Shown here piece after piece: positions 52,760-64,000 of a stretch of DNA of 64,000 nt. Source of the stretch: Lingula anatina (lineage: Eukaryota > Animalia > Brachiopoda). The notes under the pieces are model-generated. The model did not search any database. It worked only from the letters and a program-made list of their open reading frames with translations, and had not been told where the DNA came from. Numbering within the stretch: position 1 is the first letter of the stretch; each line of letters opens with the position of its first letter. The DNA lies in assembly GCA_051362555.1 (NCBI GenBank), contig CM120646.1:5642001-5706000 (forward strand), in the 5' to 3' direction. The position numbers were made by a program, and so were the translations under genes.

Positions 52760-55700
52760 ATGGCCATAAATGTGCCGAGAGTGCTTCTGTTTGGAGATTC
52801 TTTAACGCAGGTATAGTATCGAGTCGTCAATCTGTCCAGTGCGTTAAAATGAAACTAGCAGAAGTGACGTACGTTTCGGCACACCTGTTTCCAACTTGTG
52901 TTACAATTAAGAATGCAATCAAGCCTATAAACACACGCCATTTGTATATATCACGTCACATCTGGCCTCGAAAGTTGCAGGTCGGATCGAGGCTGAAGAC
53001 TGTGACAAAATCCACAATTGCTAACTGCAGTAAGTAGCTATCGACGCTTTTTCAATCAGTTTCACTTCATTGCGGGGAGGTTTCCAAAACTTCAGTAGAA
53101 AGGAATAACTTACGTCATGGTTTAAATTCAAATTCTAAATCTAAATTGAATTTTTATTTCATTCAAAGAAGGTATAAAAATCAACATAAAATCCGCTAAA
53201 ATTAGTAGCAGCAATTTATATTTGCTTCTGATTTGTGCATAAATGTTTCACGCTGGTTGAAAAGTGTGTTTGGTGGTTTGTCTTGCTGCACTACTACTGG
53301 TTTTGTGCAGTATCAGTGCACAGTTTGCAGGGCAAAAGACACATGGTGAAAGCAGATTTCTTAAAGAAAGTATCCAAATAGATATTTTACATTGACTATG
53401 GCTGTAAGTGTGTCTAAAGTGCTTCTTTTTGGCAGTTCTTCAACACAGGTATAGTATGTCGAGTATAGTTTATCTGCATGTGCAGAACTACGGGGAAACT
53501 ACCAGTAATGAAATACTTTTAATTCTGCTGCAGTTCATTCTGTCATCTAACTTTAAAATACCGTTACCATACTTAAAAAAACAATAATTTAAATAAACTA
53601 TCAAAATCAGTTCAGTGTTTTTAAACAAAATTATGAAAAAAGGCTACTATTAGATCTGATGGTTGCAAATAAAACCCAGCTGTTACCCTAGTAATAGGCA
53701 TGTTAAAACAACCTTAAAAATGAATTTGAAGTATGGGCAGCAAGGAAATTGAAAACATGAGACTTAGAGGTGAGAAATCTTCAGAAATGAGAGTTGTAGA
53801 CTGTAAGAAGTTACTAGTGTATATGTTTTCTTTACAGTTTGGCTACAGTGAGGACGGCTGCTGGGTGTCTGTAATAGCTGATAAGCTTCAAAGGTAGGGC
53901 GATCTGCAAGGTCTGTTTCAGTTTGATGTTTATTACTTTGTTTTACTGAGTATATGACTCAACTGAAGTGATTGCAATTAGGCTGGTAGGCACACAGCAT
54001 ACCTTCCATGTACATCTGCCATTAGATATATAAGAACTTAAAGAAGCAGACTGTGTTGCCTTTTCTTAAAGCATTAAAGATCGTCTGAATTTAGAATTTG
54101 CAACCTTTAAGTCCACTGGAAGTCAAAAGTTATGAAATATAAAAAATCAAAACATTTTAATGAGATCTTGTTTAGATCAGCAACTACTATGTGGCACCCA
54201 AGGAGTCGAATGGTGAACATCATCATGAACATACTTCAAGCCTTGGTCCAATGATTTTCTTATTTCAATGTAATAAACATGGATCTTTTACATTCTAGGA
54301 GATGTGATGTCATCAACAGGGGATACTCAGGGTACAACACAAGATGGGCCCGCCTCATGTTACCAAAACTGGTTACCAAGGAAACAGCCAATGACATTGC
54401 TGCCATGGTGATATTCTTTGGCGCCAATGACTCTGTGCTGAAAGATTTGAATCCTCATCAACATGTCCCGCTGGAGGAGTACCAAGATAATTTGTCTTCA
54501 ATGATTACTTATCTCAAGGTAGGGAAATATAGCTTCAGAAGATTATTTTCACCCTGGAAATCATTGACCTTAGGGCTAATAAAATTTTGTATATGTAAAT
54601 GGGAGGAACAGGGTACTTATTGCTCTGATGAGAACATCAAGAGATCACATCAACGGCCATCGGTCTTCTGATGGAAAGTCAATTTTTTTATTTGACCTCT
54701 TGGTGTGAAAATGTATTGTTAATATTGAAAATTTGGCACATGTTGTCAAAGTAAGCTTTGGCAGACTTTAAAGATACCAGCTGGTGGAAAATCTTTCAAA
54801 AAATGAAATTAAATAAAAAAGAAAAAAAAAGATAAGAAAAAAGTTGAAGTATGAGTTTAACCCAGATTCTGTGGTACATGATTTCAGAGCTGTGGCTTGG
54901 GGAGTAATAGAATTATCCTAATAGGACCTCCCCCTTGTGATGAACAACACTGGAAAGAGAGAATGGATGCTGAGGGTAAGTCAGGACCCACTAACTGTAA
55001 CCCCTGCTGAGGGTGGGTGAGGACCACAAATTGAAACCCAGGGGGGTGTTGGATCTTCTCTCCCCCTATAATGATGTAAGACAGATGCTACAAAATATCT
55101 GTGATACAATCCTAAATGTTGTAATATAAGTGTTACCTATAGAGTTGATTAACTTTCATAGACACCCAATACAAGTGTATTAAATATTAGATAATCACTT
55201 TTTAGGTCGTCCGCAGTCTAAGTCTCAAGAGCAGACAGCCCTGTATGCTAAAGCTTGTGAGTCAGTTCACAAATCTCATGGTACAGGGTTTGTGGACCTA
55301 TATACTGATATGCTGAAGGCAGGCGCAGAAGGAGACGTAAGTATCACAATGTTGCATGCACTAAAAGTGCACCTAATACAACCAAAGAGCCTAACAGACT
55401 CAATGGACTTCTCTAACACAGTGACATGATGTGCAGTAGAGCTTGGGCAAAGGCACAACAATGTATTTTTGGATATTTAATTGTCACATCTAGCACAATT
55501 GCACAGTGGATGGAGGCACATGACAGATGTTTTTTATAGTCATGACCAATGTTATTACACCTACTGAAATATTTCATCATCAATGAACAGATTAGAATTA
55601 AAAAAGTCATTATTCATTTGAATTTTCATTGATTTTTTTTTTCAGAGTTGGAAGTCATTTCTAAATGATGGTTTGCACTTCTCGGCGGCTGGCTCAAAGT

Positions 55701-55822
55701 TTTTGGCAGAGCGGTTATGGCAGCAACTGGAAGGCATAGTCTCTGACATTGGGATGATTTTTCCAGATTGGAAAACAGTAGATTATGTTAATCCAGAAGC
55801 AGTGTTTTCTGCTATAAATTAA
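52760..55822 (+). CDS. IAH1: Isoamyl acetate-hydrolyzing esterase 1-like (GDSL/SGNH hydrolase), 6 exons
   Basis: Exons 52760-52810 (MAINVPRVLLFGDSLTQ), 53838-53893, 54299-54518 (RRCDVINRGYSGYNTRW...IFFGANDS), 54888-54975 (IILIGPPP), 55206-55336, 55646-55822 (FLNDGLHFS...FPDWK); all four SGNH blocks present and phases consistent. Confidence 0.94.
53237..53460 (+). pseudogene. Duplicated copy of the IAH1 leader plus exon 1 (alternative or decayed first exon, coding part 53398-53448)
   Basis: Homologous to ~52585-52820; encodes MAVSVSKVLLFGSSSTQ with the same length and the same donor CAG|gtatagtat. Confidence 0.75.
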
Positions 55823-56392
55823 TATAGACTCTATATAAATTATCACCTGTTACCTCAAGATGTGATTTATCTGGGACAAGCATTATGGAGCAATTTTTTA
55901 AAATATTATTATATTAAGATCTAATGTGAGCATCACTTTAACTTGAATTAATGCATTAATCAAACAAATTTTCCTGTCCCTTAATGTCTGAGGCATTTTA
56001 ATTTGCAGTAAAATGTTCTGTACTAATACTCGTTTCTCTTATAACTGATATAACCCATTCTTTTAAGTGAAAATACATTCCATTTTACATGCAATTATTC
56101 AATAATATGTCATTGATAATTCATTTATTGCCATTTGACTATATTTTCGTACAAAAATCGGTCTTGATAGATTATTTGAAATGTGCTAATAGCAGTAGAA
56201 ATATATAGATGTTATACAATAACAAGCGTCATTGTTTATGTCTGATAATATTCAACATCGTGTGCCCTAACATCAATACTATTTTACAAAATAGATGTTC
56301 TGTAGAAACATTTTCTTTCTTCATAATGTTAAAACACATTATGCAACATATAGACTTATGAAAAATTAATTAATCTACATCTTTCACTTTAA

Positions 56393-57533
56393 TCAAGGTT
56401 CATAGTTATTATTCACAATAACTATGATCACAACACTGGGTGCAATGGATTTCACGCTGGCTGTATTAGCCTCTTCTTGTGCGGTGAAGTAGGGGACTTC
56501 ATTTTTTAAAAACGGCTCCACGTTAGCCCACGTGCCGTTATGGTGTGGTGAGGGTGTCACGTCTAGCACTTTACACATCAGTTGGTACATGTCCACCGCT
56601 TCAACAACGGTCGTCTGCGCACCGGGGCGAAAGGCTGGAAAGAAGACATATTTTTTGCTTATATTTGTGAAGTCTGTGTTGAAATGTTCAAGGTTATTTT
56701 GCTATTGTTTCTTTATATAAACGAAACATTTACAAGTTTTTTTCAAATGACGAAGCCACGTTTATTATTTCACGTGCGACTAGAGCAGCGTTTCATTGTC
56801 GATAAATTTGGTTGGTTATTTCAATTATATTGAATTTCTTGAATGTGAGTACGTAAGTGTAAACAGAACAACAAACGCATCTCTACGCTTTATTAGAATA
56901 AGTCGTGAAAACCGCAATATTGGAGCAGATTCCTTTCTCACCCGGTCCATATGCTGCAAAAATTCCTTGCATGTCTATGTCAAAGTTGTCATAACCATGC
57001 CAGCCCTGTTCTGGTAGTCCGGTGTCAGAATACACTCCAACGCTACGGCTGGAAAACTGCAGGAAAAATGTGGCATGATTTACGGCCGCCGGTGTTTGAT
57101 TTACTATGCGGATTTTCTGTGTTTGGTTTTGGTAATTGAGCGCGATAGAAAAAATTACAGTATGATTCTCTCTTACAAAATGCCTTATGTATAAAACTTC
57201 AATTAGAATTTGACAGCCACATTGTTAAATATCAGACGCGGTATAATTAAATCATTTACAAGAATGTTGATGTTATTTGAAATTAAAATGGAAAAGCCAA
57301 TGTCAGTCTAATGGACCCGCAAATAAAAAAAATGGGAACTTGCCGTTAAGATATAATATCCGGGATCCGCCACAAGGAGAATGGGTGGGGCACGATAGTG
57401 GTGCTTGTAGTGCCATCTATCGGGGATTTCCTCTCTTAGGTATGCTGACCAATGTTCCTCTATTGATAGTGCGTGCAGTACCTTTTAATAAAAAACGAAA
57501 AAAAAAGTTTTCAGGTGCGTTTTTACATGCAGT

Positions 57534-57580
<47 letters not shown>

Positions 57581-60178
57581 AGTGATAGTAGTAGTATATA
57601 GATTTTTTTCATTATGAGAAGACTTATTGAAATAATACCGCGCAAAACCATACCTACCTGCAGAGTTTTATTCTGAGCTGGCCACACCCCCGTCACCGCC
57701 CCCGCCCCCACTGTCCTCTCCAGGTCAAAGTACGACACGTGGTGACGTATATCTAACACGTGCTCTGGCACAGATACTGATGTCATACCGTGATCTGACA
57801 TCAGCATGATATTGACGTCATCAGACATGAATCTGTCTTCCAGCTCTTGATGCAGGTAGTCAAACCTAAAATATATTTTACAGACCGCATATGTTAATAA
57901 ATCTGACTTTATCTTATGTGAAGGTTTTGAAATCCAATGATATATATATCACCAAATATTTAATTTCTAATCAAAATTAATGCCGCCGCTGAGCGCGTCA
58001 CAGAAATTCATCTATTGAGTTCTAGATCATAATAAGGGTAAAACCTTTGTCAAAAATGTATGGATGAATAAAGAGATAAATATATAAACAGGTAGATAAG
58101 TGAATGAATAATGAAATCGAAAAAAAAAAAAAAAAAAACTGATAAGCCCGCGCCCTCCCACCCCTTTCAAGGTACCTGGCATCCAGCTGGTATATGAGTT
58201 CCTGAACTTCCTGGGTGTCGGGACCGAACTTGTGACCGAATTTGTCCGGTAACTCTACGTAGATACCTGTAGAATAACAGAGACACTGTCCTGTTGGCGG
58301 TCTTGTTCTTTTAAATTACTATTTTGAAACAAATCTATTAACTGGAAAAGATAATTAATACAAATGGGGATAATCCGAGATAGCCCGAAATCTCACGACT
58401 TACCGCAAAATCAAGTTTTGGAAAAGAGAAGAATAAAAACACAATGGGAGACTTACAAGTAAAACCTGACAGAATTCTCCACAGGACAAGTTCACTTCAC
58501 TTTGCTTGCCGTGTTACATTTGTAGTACTTTCTAGGTCGACATTCCCGACACTGCAGCACATTGAATTTCCCTTATCGCTAAAAACATGTATACAAAAAG
58601 TTATACCCCATATTCTGAGTGTTCTGGCGCCTTTCCTAAAGCCATATGACGTCACGTAGTGTCAACCACAACCCGTTAGGCTATCTCGGTTGATTCCCAT
58701 ATTCCCAGGCTATTGAGAGGCATTTACTTGACAATCAAAATGAGTTTTTCATTAAAGTAAAAATAAACCTATGTGTTTTTGAAATAAAATGAAGGCGTGT
58801 TTGTAGTTGATTGGTATTATATGCCAGACATCAAAGCATTTTATAGCACAAGTTCTTTCATAAAAAGCATCGAAACCTGAGAGTACGCACCAGGGTTCGT
58901 ATAAGCGAGAGGTGGTAATGAATCGGATATGGATACAGATATGGAAAACGAGATCGAAATTTGTTATAAAGGTCCATGTTGCGCCAAGTAAATGCAATGT
59001 CTGGGTTGTAACTCTTCAAAGTTACCATCTCAGTATTTATAGGTAAGACCAGGGAATTATATCCTAGACTGCGATATAATTCCCTGGTAAGGCGTATATA
59101 GATACAAAAACTGAACAGTGGCATAATTTAAACATTTAGATAAAAACTATGGCACAAAAATATTCAAATTATCATTAAACAGACCAATGAAATCTGCCGA
59201 CTCGTTCTGAAATAGCCTCAAGCTCTCCTCTATGGCGACATCGAGGTCCCCCAGGTGGGGCATCGTGGTGTAGGGGAGGCAGAAGGTGGGTCGGAGGCCC
59301 CCCACGCTCACCTCACATCCGGGCCAGAAGTACAGGTAACTGGAACGACCCTGTTGTAAAATTAAAGGCGGAAACGCTGAATTTAAAAGCTTAAACGAAA
59401 CAATGATTGTTCTTGATTTAATGTGAACATAAACTTTTTCCACCGTGAGTTTCAAAGAATACTGGACAGCCCCCCCCCCCCTCTCCCCCCTTTCAGCACC
59501 ATCGCTATGCGTTACTGTGAACTGGACAGGCGTGTTGGCAACAGAAGCTAGTTTCCAGTATTCTTTGAAGCTTAGGATGAATAGATCTACACCTAATCTA
59601 TAAGAGAGAACAGCACAATTCTCGTAAGAATTCGTAAGAATTTTTTCCAAATGATCCCTGAGCACCGTGAGGTCGGTGTGAGGTCCCTGTAGGCGCAGCT
59701 CTTTTAACCACTGCGTTATTAAAAAAGGCGGAGACGGGGAGAGAGAGGCGAGTCTCCAGGAGAAACTGAAATTCGTTCCCGAAGGGACGCAGCGAAGTTG
59801 ACCGAAAGAAAAGTCAGTAAGAATGTGTGTGCGTGCGTGTTTGACAGAGTGCGCGCGCGCGCGCGCGCGCGCGCGCGTGTGTGTGTGTGCAAGCACGTGT
59901 AGTATTCATACCTGTTTTTCAGCTGTTATCCACACTGGCTCCCCACCCTCCCACCACAGTGACTCGTACTGGGCAGGGTAGCGACCCATCCGGAAATACT
60001 CGGCATATTTCGGGTCGTACACGTAGTTTCCAAGCAAGCCGTGACTCTCAACGTAGAGACCTGGCAAGGGAACGAAAATTGTTACTCTTCTTTATGGGTT
60101 CTTTGCCCTGATTAATTTATTCATTTATTTATTTCATCAGATGCAATTGTCCTAATTATAATACATAATCAGAAAGCA

Positions 60179-60221
<43 letters not shown>

Positions 60222-63200
60222 TGAGGGAGATGAGTTCAGGTTTTATGGAATGAACGTAATTTCAAATAGATTAATTTTAGGTCAAAAACATGTTTTTGTA
60301 GGTCTAATATGAAAGCAGGCGGATTGCGGAAATTCATGAATTTCTTCAGTTGTGAAAACAGGGCGCATGAAACTCAACTACTCGGAACCGTAAATTATAT
60401 TTTCATATGCGGTCAGTCGGAAAAGCTCGGTCAATTAAATCCTTTCCTGTTATGCTCTTTAAATGAGTCATAAATGATATCAAAATACGCGACCAGCATC
60501 TGGACGAAGGTCGTCAAGAACTTAAATGAGTTTTTCAGAAGGGGTGGTGATTTTTCAACTTCTTTATCGGGGTATCAAGAAAGAAAAACATCTTATATTG
60601 GATCTCATTTTTAAAGGTCTAGCAAACTCGGGTCTAATTGTCTATGTGCGTAATGAGACTCTTAGTGCAGTTGCAGGCCGTTTTGTTCGTGGGTAATACT
60701 ACATGGGGATGATTGTCAAGTGGAAAACGATGCTCTTTTGTTCCCGGGGAAAGATGAAAGACGAAAGCTCCACCTCTTAACTACCTGTTGAGAAATCTAA
60801 CTTACAGATCAGCATGCTTATGGCAAAAAGATGAGTAATTTTACAAAACAGTGAACACCAATAGTAAAGTGGCTCGGGAAGGCGACGTGGTATCCTGCAC
60901 CAAGAGGGGAAATGAAACGCCAGTGCGCACCTAAAAAGATATTGGGTGCATCTTTGGAAATTTGTGGTTTCAAAACTTCTTCATTTTTTCTAGACAATCC
61001 GTATTTATCTCAAAATCATGTCACATCATTTGTAAACTACAGAGATCTTGTTCAAACTGATAATGAAAATTGCTTATGGTTTTGCTCAGTACAACTTTCT
61101 TTCATTTTCGTCTCCCCAATTTTTGTTAAATGCACATTTTGGTAAAAATTACTAGAACCAATAAACACTATGATTAATAAAATCAGAATACTTAAAATCC
61201 TTTTTAATAATTCTGATTTTGTTCTATGTAAAAACTTTCCGAAAATGAACATATTTGAACAGCTAAAAGTCAACCTCTTTCTGTGTCGCTGACTTGGCGT
61301 TTCCACTAGAAAAAATAAAAGATTTAGATCAGGAACGAGTTATAAACCTCTGTTGTAATGTGTTGGGTTAAACGACCAGCACTAAAAGTGGACGCTTGAG
61401 GTCAGCAGACGGACCAATGATTTAATTAACGGGGCATTCAGCGAACGGGAGAACGGTTCCACGATTTCAATTTTCTCTCTTTTAAGTAAAAGTTGAGGGG
61501 TGAAGCAATTACCTTTTAAACAGTTGACATGTTCCACGGGGTCAGATTTACTGTCGATTCACTTTAGCCAATAAGTTCAACTCTAGAGTCAGGTCAGTGA
61601 AGTTTGCAAGATAAAAAAAAGACAAGTGGCACCACGGCACCCCCCCCCCCCCCCCCACCACCATGCTAACATTATTTCTTCGCATATTTTGCAAGAAAGG
61701 CTAAATAATCTCGATGTTTTAAGTGGTCGACTTCGGAAAAGCTGATATCTTTTTAGACAAGGAAACGCAGATGGGGACAAACGAAGACATCAAACATTTC
61801 TTCATCTTTTTTTATGACTCTAATCTAATACTGGAAGATATTATTGTTCACCCTTCCGCCACCCCTCTGGTATCGAATACTATATAATACTACGTCTCTC
61901 ATTTAAGAAGAGGCTTGAGTTATCGTAACCCAAGTCCAAACTGCAGAGCTTTCGAATTTAATATAACATTTAACGATCTTTGAAATGACCTGCGAATAGT
62001 CCAAACTTTCTGACACGCGCACGTAGTCGCGTTTCCGGTTACTACATTTTGATAGAACGAAAGAAATTTCACTGCCCAACTGGTATATGTACTGGTATTC
62101 GTAGAGCTGTATAAACTTATAATATAGCGCTGAGAGAAGTGCCATTGCCCCTACTTGATAGGATTGAATTGCTCTTTTTTGAGAGTTTGAATTTGACTGT
62201 AAGTTTTCATACTTTTACAAATAAATATTTTTATGTATGTATGCAAGAAGTCTTTATAAATTTAATTGAGTTGTAAAATGATAATCATTATTATTATCGA
62301 AAAAAAGCCATCAAATTTGTCATCGTGAAAATGCAGCTAACGATAAACGTGAGAAAGCGAAGTCTGGTTTAGATTTAAAGAAAGGGGAATGAAAAAGAAA
62401 TAAAGAGTTCCGTGTGAGTGATTTTTCTGTCCATTTACTCTCTTCAAATTCGTTTAATTTACTGCGACCGGAGGCTAACACGAACTTCCGATGACAGGAA
62501 CATACCAATGTGCTTGGCAGGTTATGACTTTACAATCTGGCCCGCGTTTGGATCTGCTACTGAATCGTCTTACAATCTTTGCCGATTTCGTTTTAAAATA
62601 GGTCGACTCATTGCAGACGTCATATCAAGTAATTTGGCATGAAATCGCTGCAAGAATGGGAACGTTTTTTTTTTCTGTATAGTGAGGTAGGAAGTGCTTG
62701 CGAACTGTAGAGCAAATTATTGTAATTGATGTGAGCGGAAGAAACGGCGATGACATGTGTTGATAAATACTAGAGTAAAACCAACAGCATTTGTAACAGT
62801 AAGTTATTCATATATCCGTATTATAAGGTTGACAACAGTAGTAAGTTTTTAGAAGTAGGAATAATGGTTTGTAGCGACAATTAGTAGCATCAGTGTCAAA
62901 GTTTGCTCCGCATAACTGCATGACAACAAGTAACATCGGAACAACGGTTTACAGGGCTGCTGTGAATTCTGATTACCACATAGAGCAGCCAGAAGAGAGG
63001 GAGAATTAATTAGTAGCAGTAAGTGAACACCATTCACTGACACTGAATTTGTCACCACAATTATCTCCTACCTGTTACCAGTGACTGATAGTTCGGGTAG
63101 GAGCTGGAGGGGAAGACAGGACGCAAGTACGTGGCCGATGCCCCCTTTTCCTTGATCCGAGGAAACCCACGCAGTCCGGGGAGGTCGTCGTAGTCCCAGC

Positions 63201-63330
63201 GGAAACCGTCTAATAAAAACACGAGCAGTTTTTGGCGAATTTTGACAGCTGAGCGGGCTACGCCGCCACGCGCGGACAGCCCTATTAACGCTGCACAGAG
63301 GCTGAAGTGGAAGAACGACAGCTTCAGCAT
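56393..63330 (-). CDS. ENPP6: ENPP6-like ectonucleotide pyrophosphatase/phosphodiesterase (glycerophosphocholine cholinephosphodiesterase-like), 8 exons
   Basis: Exons 63330-63072 (signal peptide, [18 protein letters not shown]), 60060-59912, 59350-59185, 58266-58176 ([10 protein letters not shown]), 57865-57658 (SDHGM), 57481-57344, 57056-56942 (GWHGYDN), 56634-56393 (hydrophobic tail). A Ser nucleophile in SYPNY and the YFWPGCEV motif point to ENPP6 rather than the Thr-type ENPP4/5/7. Confidence 0.88.
58364..58701. mobile_element. Possible MITE in an ENPP6 intron
   Basis: Imperfect terminal IR gggataatccgagatagcc / ggctatctcggttgattccc; no clear TSD. Confidence 0.4.
59824..59892. repeat. 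Alternating purine-pyrimidine tract with ~14 consecutive GC dinucleotides flanked by (TG)n
   Basis: gtgcgcgcgcgcgcgcgcgcgcgcgcgcgtgtgtgtgtgtgc read directly. Confidence 0.9.
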
Positions 63331-64000
63331 ACTTTCTTCTTGGCGATGACCCCTAGCTCCAGATATGCTTGACCTCCTGGAATAGTTTGTTTAAGACGGC
63401 AAAACTGAGAAACCCCGTTTCGTGCAGAAACCCCCCAAAAACGCCTGACAGCTACTTTCCTCGGGACTCGTTGTCCGTCATTGATTCGATCTGGGAAAAC
63501 ATTATAACTATCGCAGGGAAAACACAACTCTATATAATACTGGTGAGTGAACCTCAGCCCCGAGTACGCACGTGTGTGTGAGTTAATTATATCAGAGCTA
63601 CCACTTTTCAATGGCTTACTCCATTGCATTCGCAGCTCATCCAAATAGGTTGGAGGAACAGACAATGTGGAGATATGTGATGTTTTCGTAGTGACGGGCT
63701 GACACGAGAGGTCGCAGCATTTGTGGATTATCGAGCACTGGTCCAGGTGTCTTCACCTGAGAAACGCCACAATCACTGGGTGGTCTCAGATCTTATGCCT
63801 GACACAAACCAGCCACTGTGGAAACACTTCGCCTAACAGCTTCCCAGTGGCGTTTATTTTCTGCTTATTTTTTTCTTCGGTTTCTTTTTTTTTTCTTTCC
63901 TGGATTGCAAAATATTTTTAATTGCAAGGATTTGACACATGTTTATCAGCAAACGTGTGGAATATTTTTAATTGTTCCTGTTCCTTTTTTCCCTGCTCCA

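Noticed and set aside
59147-59896. 249-aa ORF, the longest in the track
   Set aside because: Only 59350-59185 is a real ENPP6 exon; the rest is intron and microsatellite read-through ([10 protein letters not shown])

Overview
AT-rich, intron-rich animal genomic DNA; the repeat types suggest a mollusc or other lophotrochozoan, but that is inference. Five spliced protein-coding genes can be assembled by hand with consistent exon phases: CEP70-like (- strand, 20998 to 8925, continuing past the left edge), SLC25A39/40-like mitochondrial carrier (-, 32878-27705), TSPAN13/31-like tetraspanin (+, from 33318, head-to-head with the carrier), IAH1-like GDSL esterase (+, 52760-55822) and ENPP6-like phosphodiesterase (-, 63330-56393). 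Repeats include an 8.8 kb modular satellite inside a CEP70 intron, Helentron/HINE-like elements carrying tandem arrays, a Harbinger deletion derivative and several MITEs. The tetraspanin is the most interesting locus. It has two intact paralogous last exons resembling the vertebrate TSPAN13 and TSPAN31 tails, a U12-type intron, and a gap-free 119-bp imperfect hairpin behind the distal last exon whose transition differences are 12:1 biased to G-U pairs on the sense strand. IAH1 has a duplicated first exon showing CpG decay, and CEP70 has a tandemly amplified splice donor. No tools were run; counts are manual and family assignments rely on recalled motifs.
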